From Chthonomonas sp. (GTDB lineage: Bacteria; Armatimonadota; Chthonomonadetes; Chthonomonadales; Chthonomonadaceae): a DNA stretch of 64,000 bases. Below, one piece after another: positions 16,238-25,278 of this stretch. The notes beneath the pieces are model-generated. The model searched no databases. It was not told the origin of the DNA and saw only the letters and a program-made list of their open reading frames with translations. Each line of letters begins with the position of its first letter. The first letter of the stretch is position 1. The stretch lies in assembly GCF_035294505.1 (NCBI RefSeq), contig NZ_DATGKU010000174.1:73610-137609 (forward strand), written 5' to 3'. A program made the translations under genes and the position numbers.

Positions 16238-18440
16238 GGTTACCTCATCGGCAACCCCAGAAGAACGTCCAAGTATCCTGCTCTATCTCGCGGGACTGGC
16301 CGTTACGCTTAGCGGACTGTTTGCGGTGAACTATACCTACAACGGCCCCGGAGCGCAGCTTATCTACCTCCTCGCTATATTTGGCTACGCCTCAAGCTAC
16401 CTCCTTCGCCGCCGTGGCGTCAAAACGCTTTCCGTGGGGCTGCTTCTCCTTATGATAGGCCTCGCTTTTGTTACCTTCGTGAATCCCTCCACCCTGCCCT
16501 TCTTTAATCAAGACCAGACCGATGATCGCATCCTCGGACTGCTGCAGCTCTTTGTCTGGGCATCCATTCTACATAGTTACACCCTCCTTAACGATTCAAC
16601 CGTCCTCTTTGCCTGCGTGCCCTGCATGACTATGCTCGCCCTGGTGAGCGCTCGAAATCCCGACCCGGTCATCCACCAAGACTTTCTTGTCTTCGTGGCG
16701 GCCTCCATTTTTCTCCTGATCCATGAAAACTACCTGCGAACCACCCATACGCGCATCTTCACGGCTCCAAAACAAAAACGTTCGCTCTATTCCGGCCAGA
16801 TCGCTCTTGCGCTTGCTTGCCTGTTCTGTACGTTGGTGCTCTCTAATATCGTCGCTACACCCTTACGCGCGATGGGACAAGCCCTTTTCGGAGCTATATT
16901 CCAACAATCCCCCTACTATCCACACTATTTACCGCTTTCGAACTCACCGAGCACCCAAGTGCAGGTTAGCGAGAGAAACCATGTTCGTGTTGCTAGCGGG
17001 CCTGTCACAAGCAGCGATCAGCCGCTTTTTGAGGTAACCTCCTCACGTCCGCTCTACTGGCGCGGCGAGGTTTTAACCTTCTACGATGGTATCGGTTTTG
17101 AAGCCGCGTCTGGGTCGTCGTCCACCGAACAACTGTTCCCTGAAGAACAATCCGACACGCAACGCATTCAGCAATATGAGGATATTACAGGCCCCATGGA
17201 GTCTAGGGATACCTCGCCCCATCACTTCCTCCTTCCGCAAAGCCCGATGGAATTAGACGATACCCAAATGCAACATAGCATGGAGATCAAGCAGCAAGTG
17301 CGTATCGTAGGGGGAACGATTCTCCAAATCTATGGCGCGGGCAATATTCGTTCATTGGACGTACCCTATAACACGCTGGCCTACGATCCACTTTCAGAAA
17401 AGCTCAGCGCGCCCGACCCGCTGCACATTCAGACGACCTATACCGTCGTATCACGCGTGCCCACCGAGGATCCGTCCATTCTACGCAAGGCACCCTCTTC
17501 GATCAACGATATCCCCTCCATTATTCGCGATACCTGCCTTCAAACTGCAGTGAATGGACATGACGATCCGGCCTTACGTAAACTCGCTCAGCAGATCACA
17601 AAAGGGCTTCACAATAACTACGATAAAGCATCCGCCATTCGAGCCTATATTGCCGGCCATTGCAAATACAACCTGCATGCTCCGCCGGCACCTGCCGATC
17701 AAGATGTCGTGGACTACTTCCTCTTTAAAGCGCGCCAGGGCTATTGTGATAGCTTTGGGGCTGCTATGGTCATGTTATGCCGCTATGCAGGCATCCCAGC
17801 GCGTTTGGCCTCTGGTTTCATCACCGGCGAAGTGCGTGGCGATAATACCTACCTGGTACGTGAGAAAGATAAGCACATCTGGGCGGAGGTTTTCTTCCCC
17901 AAAATCGGCTGGGTTCCATTCGATGCCACAGAGGGTGCTCAAGAGGTGACTACCTCCCCCGGACTGATGGGCCATATCAAGGATTTTCTTTCGTGGTGCT
18001 TCGCACATGGCGCCCTGCCCGCCTTCATCTTTTGTACCGTGATCGCTCTCTTGATCTTTGTGCTGTGGAACGAACTAGGACGACGCCTTCACTGGCGCCG
18101 TCGGGCTGCACTCCTCGCACCTGAACGCTTTGCCACAAACCGCGATGTCATCGCTCAGTATCTTGAGCTTTGCAATTTCCTCGCCCGTAAAGGTCTTGCG
18201 CGCGGCTCTTCTATGACCCCCGACGAGTATCTCCACGCGCTCACACAAACACTCGGAGATGGAGACTGGAAACCCCTTATGGGAGTCATTACCCAACTCT
18301 ATACCGAGGCTCGCTACAGCCCTCGTGAACTGTCACCGGAAGAGGTTGATAGGATGAAACAGCACATCTCTCAACTACGTGCTCTGCTGCGTCACTATGC
18401 CGCCCCTGCCTCTAGGGTAACGGCACCGGCCACTACCTAA
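16206..18440 (+). CDS. Transglutaminase-like cysteine protease domain membrane protein
   Basis: 744 aa. About 6 N-terminal TM helices. TGase core GYCDSFGAAMVMLCRYAGIPARLASGF ... HIWAEVFFPKIGWVPFDATEG (Cys-His-Asp). AAAGGAG 8 nt upstream of the ATG. Overlaps the DUF58 gene by 32 nt. Confidence 0.8.
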   Translation: MNPEATPRTVEVTSSATPEERPSILLYLAGLAVTLSGLFAVNYTYNGPGAQLIYLLAIFGYASSYLLRRRGVKTLSVGLLLLMIGLAFVTFVNPSTLPFFNQDQTDDRILGLLQLFVWASILHSYTLLNDSTVLFACVPCMTMLALVSARNPDPVIHQDFLVFVAASIFLLIHENYLRTTHTRIFTAPKQKRSLYSGQIALALACLFCTLVLSNIVATPLRAMGQALFGAIFQQSPYYPHYLPLSNSPSTQVQVSERNHVRVASGPVTSSDQPLFEVTSSRPLYWRGEVLTFYDGIGFEAASGSSSTEQLFPEEQSDTQRIQQYEDITGPMESRDTSPHHFLLPQSPMELDDTQMQHSMEIKQQVRIVGGTILQIYGAGNIRSLDVPYNTLAYDPLSEKLSAPDPLHIQTTYTVVSRVPTEDPSILRKAPSSINDIPSIIRDTCLQTAVNGHDDPALRKLAQQITKGLHNNYDKASAIRAYIAGHCKYNLHAPPAPADQDVVDYFLFKARQGYCDSFGAAMVMLCRYAGIPARLASGFITGEVRGDNTYLVREKDKHIWAEVFFPKIGWVPFDATEGAQEVTTSPGLMGHIKDFLSWCFAHGALPAFIFCTVIALLIFVLWNELGRRLHWRRRAALLAPERFATNRDVIAQYLELCNFLARKGLARGSSMTPDEYLHALTQTLGDGDWKPLMGVITQLYTEARYSPRELSPEEVDRMKQHISQLRALLRHYAAPASRVTAPATT

Positions 18441-18573
18441 GCAAGTAAACTGCCGCCTAAAGACAGCAGGTAGGGGCTGGTTTACAGCAGCCCGACGAGT
18501 CTTCGGACCCGTCGCGAGCCTCTCCTTCAGGAGGGTGTCTTGAGACCGAATTATTCGCTAACTGTCAACAAAG

Positions 18574-18634
18574 AAAGGAGGGGGCGCTTCCTCTGTCGCC
18601 TAAAGACGACAGTCTCCGCGCCGAAATTTCGATG
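18574..18634 (+). promoter_or_regulatory. Conserved 5' leader element upstream of holA
   Basis: AAAGGAGGG box 58 nt upstream of the ATG, a hairpin CTGTCG-CCTAAAGA-CGACAG, then an AGTCTCC box. No SD proximal to the ATG. Alignable (~70% identity with compensatory stem changes) with the nadC leader at 60824-60883. Confidence 0.4.
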
Positions 18635-19786
18635 AGTAGAGAGATTGTTTACACCCCCAGTAGTCCGCAACTGCTCTGGCAAAAACAGTTGCTCCCGATC
18701 TATCTTTTTTGGGGATCGGCAGATAAGCTCAAAGAGGAGGCCATCGCTGCTCTCAAACACCATCTCATCGAACCGTCTTTTGCCGAGTTTGACTATGAGG
18801 TTCTCGACGCCGCTACCACCTCCCTCGATGCCATTCTCGCCGCGGCGTGCCAGGCCCCGTTCGGCTCTAGCCGGCGGCTCGTGGTCGTGCACGGAGCGGA
18901 GATTTGGCGCGAAAAGGCGCGATCCAATGAGGCCGATAGACTGGCCGAAGCTATCTCCCATCTTCCAACCTCCTGCTGCGTAGCCCTCATCGTTGCTGCA
19001 CAGAATGATGAGGACAAACGCAAGACAGTCCTTACCCCACGCCTCGATAAAGCTATTGGAGAAAAAGGAGCTTTGGTCTCCTGTCGATCGCCTTCCGCTG
19101 ATACCTTAAAAAAGTGGCTCCTACAAAAAGCTCAGAAGGAAAACAAAACCTTTGAGCCGGCAGCGCTTGAACTTCTACTCACAACCACCGGTCACGAGCT
19201 GCACACGCTTGAGCAGGAGTTGGCCAAGTTGCTCGCCTATAGCGGCACACGCCCCGTGATCACCAAAGCCGACGTACAAACGCTTGCCACCGATACCCCA
19301 GAAGATGTTATCTTCGCTGCGGTTGATGCCGTCGTTAAGCGTCAAGCGGAACTGGCGCTCCAACTCCTCGCCGAACTTCATCGTTATGAGCCGAAACCGC
19401 AGGCCGTAGCCGCCAAGTTTCTTGCGCTGCTTGCCCGCCAGTTCCGCTTGTTATGGCAGGCCAAGCTGTTGATTGAGCTGGGCATTAGCCCCAACCAAGT
19501 TTCCCATCTGCCGGAGGATATCGCTGCAGAATTGCCTAAAGAGGCTTCCATCACCGGGATGCACTGGAAAGCACGAGAGCTATTCGATCTGGCGAAACAG
19601 TGGTCGTGGCACGACTTAGCCGCCGCCATGGATCAGCTCTTAGAATGCGACACCGCCAATAAAGGTGCGGCAGTCCTCGATATCGGGCTTTTCGGAGCCG
19701 ACCCGGCCCGTAACCTTCAAATTCTCGTTCTATCCCTCGCGTCCACACCCCTATCAACAGCAAACCCCACTATCTCTAAGAGATAG
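18632..19786 (+). CDS. holA: DNA polymerase III subunit delta
   Basis: 384 aa. N-terminal LLPIYLFWGSADKLKEEAIAAL matches the HolA YLLxGxE...L pattern. Length and helical C-terminus are consistent. Confidence 0.8.
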   Translation: MSREIVYTPSSPQLLWQKQLLPIYLFWGSADKLKEEAIAALKHHLIEPSFAEFDYEVLDAATTSLDAILAAACQAPFGSSRRLVVVHGAEIWREKARSNEADRLAEAISHLPTSCCVALIVAAQNDEDKRKTVLTPRLDKAIGEKGALVSCRSPSADTLKKWLLQKAQKENKTFEPAALELLLTTTGHELHTLEQELAKLLAYSGTRPVITKADVQTLATDTPEDVIFAAVDAVVKRQAELALQLLAELHRYEPKPQAVAAKFLALLARQFRLLWQAKLLIELGISPNQVSHLPEDIAAELPKEASITGMHWKARELFDLAKQWSWHDLAAAMDQLLECDTANKGAAVLDIGLFGADPARNLQILVLSLASTPLSTANPTISKR

Positions 19787-19791
19787 TGGGG
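19765..19791. terminator. Bidirectional terminator hairpin between convergent holA and rpsT
   Basis: Perfect 27-nt palindrome CCCCACTATCTCT-A-AGAGATAGTGGGG that includes the holA TAG stop codon. U-rich flank on the minus side. Confidence 0.55.
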
Positions 19792-19821
19792 CTATTCAGG
19801 GAAGCAAAGGTACGATCCTAA

Positions 19822-20112
19822 TCAAGATGCGTTTTGACCGGCCTGCTGTAACTGTTTATGATAGTACTTCATGAGCCGAGACTTACGCCGCGCAGCCTGG
19901 TTTTTATGGATGATACCCCGCTCGGCGGTTTTATCAATCACCTTATAGGCAAGCTGTATGGCCTTCGCAATCTCCTCTTCTGCAGCGCCGCTGTCTATGG
20001 CAAGACGCGCCTTCTTGATAAAAGTCTTCATGGCCGACTTGGCCGCCACGTTCCTCAAATGATTCTTACGTGACTTGATAACATCCTTTTTAACCGATTT
20101 AATGTTGGGCAA
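19822..20112 (-). CDS. rpsT: 30S ribosomal protein S20
   Basis: TTG start preceded by AAGGGGGGGAG. Translation (M)PNIKSVKKDVIKSRKNHLRNVAAKSAMKTFIKKA... is the classic S20 N-terminus. Confidence 0.9.
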   Translation of the reverse strand: MPNIKSVKKDVIKSRKNHLRNVAAKSAMKTFIKKARLAIDSGAAEEEIAKAIQLAYKVIDKTAERGIIHKNQAARRKSRLMKYYHKQLQQAGQNAS

Positions 20113-20205
20113 AGATGCTCCCCCCCTTAACGCTTAGAGCGTAATAGTATCCTGGTTCGTTTCGGAAGTATACCGCATCAAACCTATCTTGTGCAAGTTA
20201 AGCCA

Positions 20206-22368
20206 TCACGAAATCCCTCCGGACAGTCTCTCGGTTCGCCTGCCTCCTTCGCACAACACCAGCCCTAACCCCTGCTGCGCTAACAGGGCCGCCGCCGGAA
20301 CGCCGGCATCGTTGAACAACAGGGAACAGACAACGCCTCCATAAAATCCCAGCCACATCGCGCGTTCCACAACTCCCTGCTGCGCTTTCTGTAAACGATG
20401 GAGGTAACCCGTAGCCATAAGATTGCCTAGTAAAACGGCCGCCCATGGACTATGGAACAATAGAAATCCTTCCATCCTCAGTTTTCGCAAAACGACTACG
20501 GCAAAACTTCCACCGCCCTCACCTTTCAAAGCCCGCGCGAGATGCGATTCATTGGCACCATGAAAATGAAGGTCTATTAACGCCAAACCCTCGAAAAGCA
20601 GCAGTGCCAGCACACCAAGCCAGGCTATCTCTTTCCAGCCAACCCGATCTTTTATCGAAGCGAAGAGAGCAAGACCGAATGCCCCGATCCCTGTCGGTAT
20701 CGCCCCAACCTTTGCTCCCCATTGCGGCCACGCCACAACAAATAAAATAACAGCATAGACTACTACCGCCTTTAGCCATTTTCCCTTTTCCCCTATCAGC
20801 CACGGCAACATCACCAACGCAGCCCCGAACAAGGCACCCATGTACTCGTTGCCAATACCAAAGAACCGTGCCCCCTCCATCATCGAGTAGCTCATCCAAG
20901 CCCGGCGAATAAGATGAGAGCCTGTTAGCAGATCTCCGACCACGCATACTACGAAAACGCCGGCCATTGTCCTAAATACCGATACGGCGTCCCGTTGGGT
21001 ACGCCACATCCATTCCCCCAGAGCAGCAAGACCCATCAAGCTGATCCCTAAGGCGATTCCGGCGGTAATTTCATTGAAAGCAAACAATGCCGGCAGCACA
21101 AGCAGGAGAAGAGGCAAAAGTCCGATTATCAATCCAAAAACCGATGGTGAGAGCTTCTGCCGTTTCCAGCATACCACGCCGCCCAAAATACACAACAGTT
21201 GTAGGGTTGGCAAGCCTCCATAAAGATTCTGCAACTCGGCTTGCATCACAAGCGACCGAAAATAGTCGCAAAAACTTTTGTAGGAGAAGCTTCGCCCTGC
21301 TTTAAACTCCCAAGCACGCCCTACAACGCTACGCGGTATGCGGTGTAGGCCAAGCTGTCGTGCGATTGTGGGCAAGAGATCGGTATTTACCCCAAGCCCA
21401 TCCCACCGGGTAGAAGGGGGAAAGATCGTTCCATGTGGAACTCCCTGCCCCATTAAAAGCACCGGAGCTAAACGCTCACCTGTCGTTGCATTGGAACTTG
21501 GGCCTGGAGCGCAGCACCAGAAAATGGCGTCGGGACGGCTTCGAACCCACTCGATCACACCCAGCATCAACCGACCTAGCCGCCCTAGCGCCTCGCGACG
21601 ATATGTCGCGACCATAGAAGGGAGACAGGAAGTGGCCTCCTCTGTCGCTCTCTGCAGATCAAAGAAGCTGATAACGGTCAGGCGTGTATTTGGCGGCAGT
21701 TGATTGAAGGCCCTAAGCATTCTGTCAACATCCGCCTCTGCGCCTTCCGGTGCCAGGAGGTTTGCCCTCGCACAAAAGAGTCGAGGCCCTGCCAAGTCCA
21801 CAAAGCCATCCGCATCCATGGCCACCAGCAAAGCCTCATTCGCACGGACGTTGTTGTCAGCATCCGCAAAGGCCGCAGTCGCCCCGCCATAGAGGTGCAC
21901 AAACGCACCTAAGAGACCGATATCTATCGGGTACCCGATGCGCCTGTTGACCTCATAACATTGTCGGAGCAAGGCCACATTCAACGCGCTTCCCTCAAAT
22001 CTGTTCATGGATGTAGGGGGATATTCTGCCAAAATGCCATTGGGTGGCGCTACTGCACGACAGCCCGTTCCTAGGCTCAACAACAGCGAAGCAAGCCGAT
22101 CGGCACCCTTTGCATTCAGCAGGTTGCGTGGCACGTTTGATGCAGCCCGACACACCATCCAGCCGCATACTCCCTGCGACGAAAACGCCTGCATAGCCGG
22201 GCGGAGAGGGAGTGTTTTCAAATCGGCACAGGTAAGGTCGGGGACAATGAGCAGAACAATACGTGGTGCCGCCGTGCAACTTCGCTGCAATACAAGCAGC
22301 AGCCAGAACGCCAACCAGCCCACAATTCGTTTTCTGACAGATAAGTGATGAATGGAATCCACACGCAT
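20206..22368 (-). CDS. Hypothetical polytopic membrane protein with N-terminal exported domain
   Basis: 720 aa. Signal/TM at the N-terminus, about 300 aa soluble domain, then about 10 predicted TM helices. No confident family assignment. Confidence 0.45.
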   Translation of the reverse strand: MRVDSIHHLSVRKRIVGWLAFWLLLVLQRSCTAAPRIVLLIVPDLTCADLKTLPLRPAMQAFSSQGVCGWMVCRAASNVPRNLLNAKGADRLASLLLSLGTGCRAVAPPNGILAEYPPTSMNRFEGSALNVALLRQCYEVNRRIGYPIDIGLLGAFVHLYGGATAAFADADNNVRANEALLVAMDADGFVDLAGPRLFCARANLLAPEGAEADVDRMLRAFNQLPPNTRLTVISFFDLQRATEEATSCLPSMVATYRREALGRLGRLMLGVIEWVRSRPDAIFWCCAPGPSSNATTGERLAPVLLMGQGVPHGTIFPPSTRWDGLGVNTDLLPTIARQLGLHRIPRSVVGRAWEFKAGRSFSYKSFCDYFRSLVMQAELQNLYGGLPTLQLLCILGGVVCWKRQKLSPSVFGLIIGLLPLLLLVLPALFAFNEITAGIALGISLMGLAALGEWMWRTQRDAVSVFRTMAGVFVVCVVGDLLTGSHLIRRAWMSYSMMEGARFFGIGNEYMGALFGAALVMLPWLIGEKGKWLKAVVVYAVILFVVAWPQWGAKVGAIPTGIGAFGLALFASIKDRVGWKEIAWLGVLALLLFEGLALIDLHFHGANESHLARALKGEGGGSFAVVVLRKLRMEGFLLFHSPWAAVLLGNLMATGYLHRLQKAQQGVVERAMWLGFYGGVVCSLLFNDAGVPAAALLAQQGLGLVLCEGGRRTERLSGGIS

Positions 22369-22547
22369 AAAAGCTTCCGCGACATCCTTTCACAAAGTTC
22401 CTCGCACATTCATTCTAGCCCTATTATAAGGGGTTTCCATACTTCGCTGCCATTTTTCCTCTTGCGAGAAGCGCTCTCTAAAGCAGGAATCCTGAGGTCT
22501 TAAAGTGAATTGGTAGGTGGAATACGCTGCAGAGATGAGGAGTAAAG

Positions 22548-23528
22548 ATGCGCCTTGTGTTGGGTGTAGATGGAGGGCAAACGCGCACTCTGGCCGTTGT
22601 TGCCGACGAAACGGGCAAGCTGCTCGGTTTCGGCATCGGCGGCCCTGCCAATCACATCCACGAGCCGGGCGGCATCGAGCGCGTACAACGCTCCCTTACC
22701 GATGCCATTCAGGGCGCTTTGAACACTGCCGGGCTGCCTCAAGGTCGCCTAGCTGCCGCCTGTTTAGGCATGACTGGTAGCTCTGCAGCTATGGAGGCCA
22801 TCTGTACCCCACTCGTGCCTGCGGAACAGATAATCTTCGGTCACGATACACGCATTGCATTTTATTCCGTCACGTTTGGTAGCCCGGGTGTTGTTGTTAT
22901 TGGAGGTACCGGCTCGGTTGCCTACGGTGTCAACGCGCAGGGGGAAGAGGCGCTTGTCGGCGGCTGGGGTTATCTTATGGGCGATGAAGGAAGCGGCTAC
23001 TGGATCGCTCTGAAGGCGCTCAATGCCTGTTGTCGCGCTGCCGACGGCATCCTCCCTCCTACTCTCCTACAGCCGCTTATTCTACGGCACCTGGAGGTGG
23101 AGAACCTAAAGCAGCTTCATACCCTCCTCTATTCCGGCAAGCTTTCTCGCCCCGACATCGCCGCTCTGTCCGAAATCGTTGGGATGGCGGCAGCACAAGG
23201 CGATGCCATAGCACAACAAATCTTGCGTGAGGCAGGTCGGGAGCTTGCTCTCCTTGCCGTTACCGCTATCTGCCGATTGGGTATGGAGAAACAAGAGGTC
23301 ACCGTTGGCACCGTCGGCGGTGTTTTTCGGGCAGGTCGCTCCATCCTACGCCCCTTCCGCACCGCCATTAAGCGACGAGCCCCCTATGCCTGTATAACCT
23401 CTGCTCGTCTTCCGGCGGCGGTGGGAGCCGCGCTCATCGCGTTGGAGGCCATTGGCGTTCCCCCCAACGAACCGCTCCTTCATCATCTCAGGCAGAGTCT
23501 AAAAAAGAGAAACCTCTTGAAGTCTTGA
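22548..23528 (+). CDS. BadF/BadG/BcrA/BcrD-type ATPase (N-acetylglucosamine kinase-like, ASKHA superfamily)
   Basis: MRLVLGVDGGQTRTLAVVADETGKLLGFGIGGPANH is the typical N-terminal phosphate-1 motif of this family. 326 aa. Confidence 0.7.
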   Translation: MRLVLGVDGGQTRTLAVVADETGKLLGFGIGGPANHIHEPGGIERVQRSLTDAIQGALNTAGLPQGRLAAACLGMTGSSAAMEAICTPLVPAEQIIFGHDTRIAFYSVTFGSPGVVVIGGTGSVAYGVNAQGEEALVGGWGYLMGDEGSGYWIALKALNACCRAADGILPPTLLQPLILRHLEVENLKQLHTLLYSGKLSRPDIAALSEIVGMAAAQGDAIAQQILREAGRELALLAVTAICRLGMEKQEVTVGTVGGVFRAGRSILRPFRTAIKRRAPYACITSARLPAAVGAALIALEAIGVPPNEPLLHHLRQSLKKRNLLKS

Positions 23529-23609
23529 GCCATTTTGTGCGTAAATAAGAAATAAGCGGCAATAATATAAAAAGACGCGCATATTGGTGCGAGCGCGCAT
23601 GAAGGTGGT

Positions 23610-25244
23610 ATGGAAACACATTGGGCTATTGATTTAGGAACAACCAATACACTCATCGCCAAGTGGGTTGGAACCCACGCGGTAACTATCGCCCTAGAAG
23701 ACCTGGTGGATTACGAGCCGGCCTGGCAAACGCCTCTTATCCCGTCGGCCATCTTTTTTCAAGATACGCAGCGGGCTATTATCGGAAAGCCGGCCCTTGC
23801 CTCTCGCGAAATTCTGCACGGGCTCGATCTGCAGGGGCTAGGCCCACTCGCGCGTTCCTTCAAGAGAACTCTGGCCCGCGCAAGCCAACAGGCCGTTGCA
23901 CAGGTAGGCTCAGAGACCATTTCGGCTCGCCAATGCGCCACCACCTTTTTACGCGAGCTGCTGGCCGCCACCGCCGAATACGAGCGTCAAAAATCGGACC
24001 CACACCGCACGCGCCTACAGCGTTTCATTAGCCTCTTACGATGGTGGCGCAAGGAGGGACAGGTAACCGATCTCACGATGACGGTGCCTGTGGAGAGCTA
24101 CGAGCCTTATCGGGCTGAACTCTACCAGATCGCCCGCAAACTCGGTGTCAGCCATTTCCGCACCCTCGATGAGCCGGTGGCCGCGGCCCTCGGCTATGGT
24201 ATTGACCTTAGCGATGAAAAGCATCTGCTTGTTGTGGATTTCGGTGGAGGCACGCTCGACCTCGCCGTTGTTCGAACACACCCTACCCACCCCTCCGGTC
24301 GTGATGCCTCCCAACATCGCGCTACCCTCCTGGCCGGCCGCGGCGCTGAACTTGGCGGCGAAACGGTAGACCAATGGCTTGCCGACTTCGCCTGCCAAAA
24401 GCTACGCGCTCATCAGATGGCTTTGCGACCGGTGCTTCTCGCTCAAGCCGAAGCCGTTAAGAAAGACCTTAGTAACAAGGCCTCCATCGCCGATAGCAGC
24501 TTTTTCCTCCTACAAGGTGCCGGACGCATCGAAATTACGCGCCAGGAGTTTATTGACCTGCTGGAAGAACGCGGCCTCTACCGCACTCTCGAGGTGTTAA
24601 CCGACGCGGTTCTGGACGACTGCCGTCATGAACTTGATGAGGCCGACATAGATGCCGTTCTCCTCGTTGGGGGTTCGACCCTTCTCCCCGGCGTCCGCGA
24701 TCTCTTCGAGAAGCTTTTCGGGCCTCAGCGAGTTCACTACTGGGAGCCGTTTGAGGCCGTAGTAAAGGGAGCGGCCATCTTCGGAGCCGGATATAGCGTA
24801 GACCAGATCATCCACCATGACTACGCCATCCGCGTCTATAACGATGCGGAACAGAAAGCCGAATATGAGCGTCTGATCCGAAGGGGCACGAGCTATCCTA
24901 CTCCGGTGCCCTTTGAGACACGCTACTACGCCGTAACCGAAGGCCAGCAGCTGTTCCGCCTCCCCGTCTGCGAGGTCGGCTACGCGGGGCGTATGAATCT
25001 GCCGTGGAAGCGCCGTAGCAACGGCAATGAATACTGGATACCTACCGAAGCCGAGGAGGCCGAGTGCGTTATCACCCTCAACGAGGGCGATACTTTGCGC
25101 CTCATACCGCCAGGACAAGGGCCCCAGGCCCGCCTGCGAATCGATTTCTCAATAGATAGCAATCGCTATCTCTGTGCAACGATTCACGATCTGCTGAAAC
25201 AGCGCGACCTGCGTACGGATGAACGTGTTGTAAAACTGCGCTGA
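23610..25244 (+). CDS. Non-canonical Hsp70-family ATPase (DnaK-like nucleotide-binding domain, atypical short C-terminal region)
   Basis: WAIDLGTTNTLIAKW (phosphate 1), LVVDFGGGTLDLAVV (phosphate 2), VLLVGGSTLLPGVRDLFEKLFG (adenosine motif). The C-terminal ~150 aa is not a canonical substrate-binding domain. Confidence 0.7.
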   Translation: METHWAIDLGTTNTLIAKWVGTHAVTIALEDLVDYEPAWQTPLIPSAIFFQDTQRAIIGKPALASREILHGLDLQGLGPLARSFKRTLARASQQAVAQVGSETISARQCATTFLRELLAATAEYERQKSDPHRTRLQRFISLLRWWRKEGQVTDLTMTVPVESYEPYRAELYQIARKLGVSHFRTLDEPVAAALGYGIDLSDEKHLLVVDFGGGTLDLAVVRTHPTHPSGRDASQHRATLLAGRGAELGGETVDQWLADFACQKLRAHQMALRPVLLAQAEAVKKDLSNKASIADSSFFLLQGAGRIEITRQEFIDLLEERGLYRTLEVLTDAVLDDCRHELDEADIDAVLLVGGSTLLPGVRDLFEKLFGPQRVHYWEPFEAVVKGAAIFGAGYSVDQIIHHDYAIRVYNDAEQKAEYERLIRRGTSYPTPVPFETRYYAVTEGQQLFRLPVCEVGYAGRMNLPWKRRSNGNEYWIPTEAEEAECVITLNEGDTLRLIPPGQGPQARLRIDFSIDSNRYLCATIHDLLKQRDLRTDERVVKLR

Positions 25245-25278
25245 TCGCCACAAATAAGGAACATGAAGGAGATGGCCG

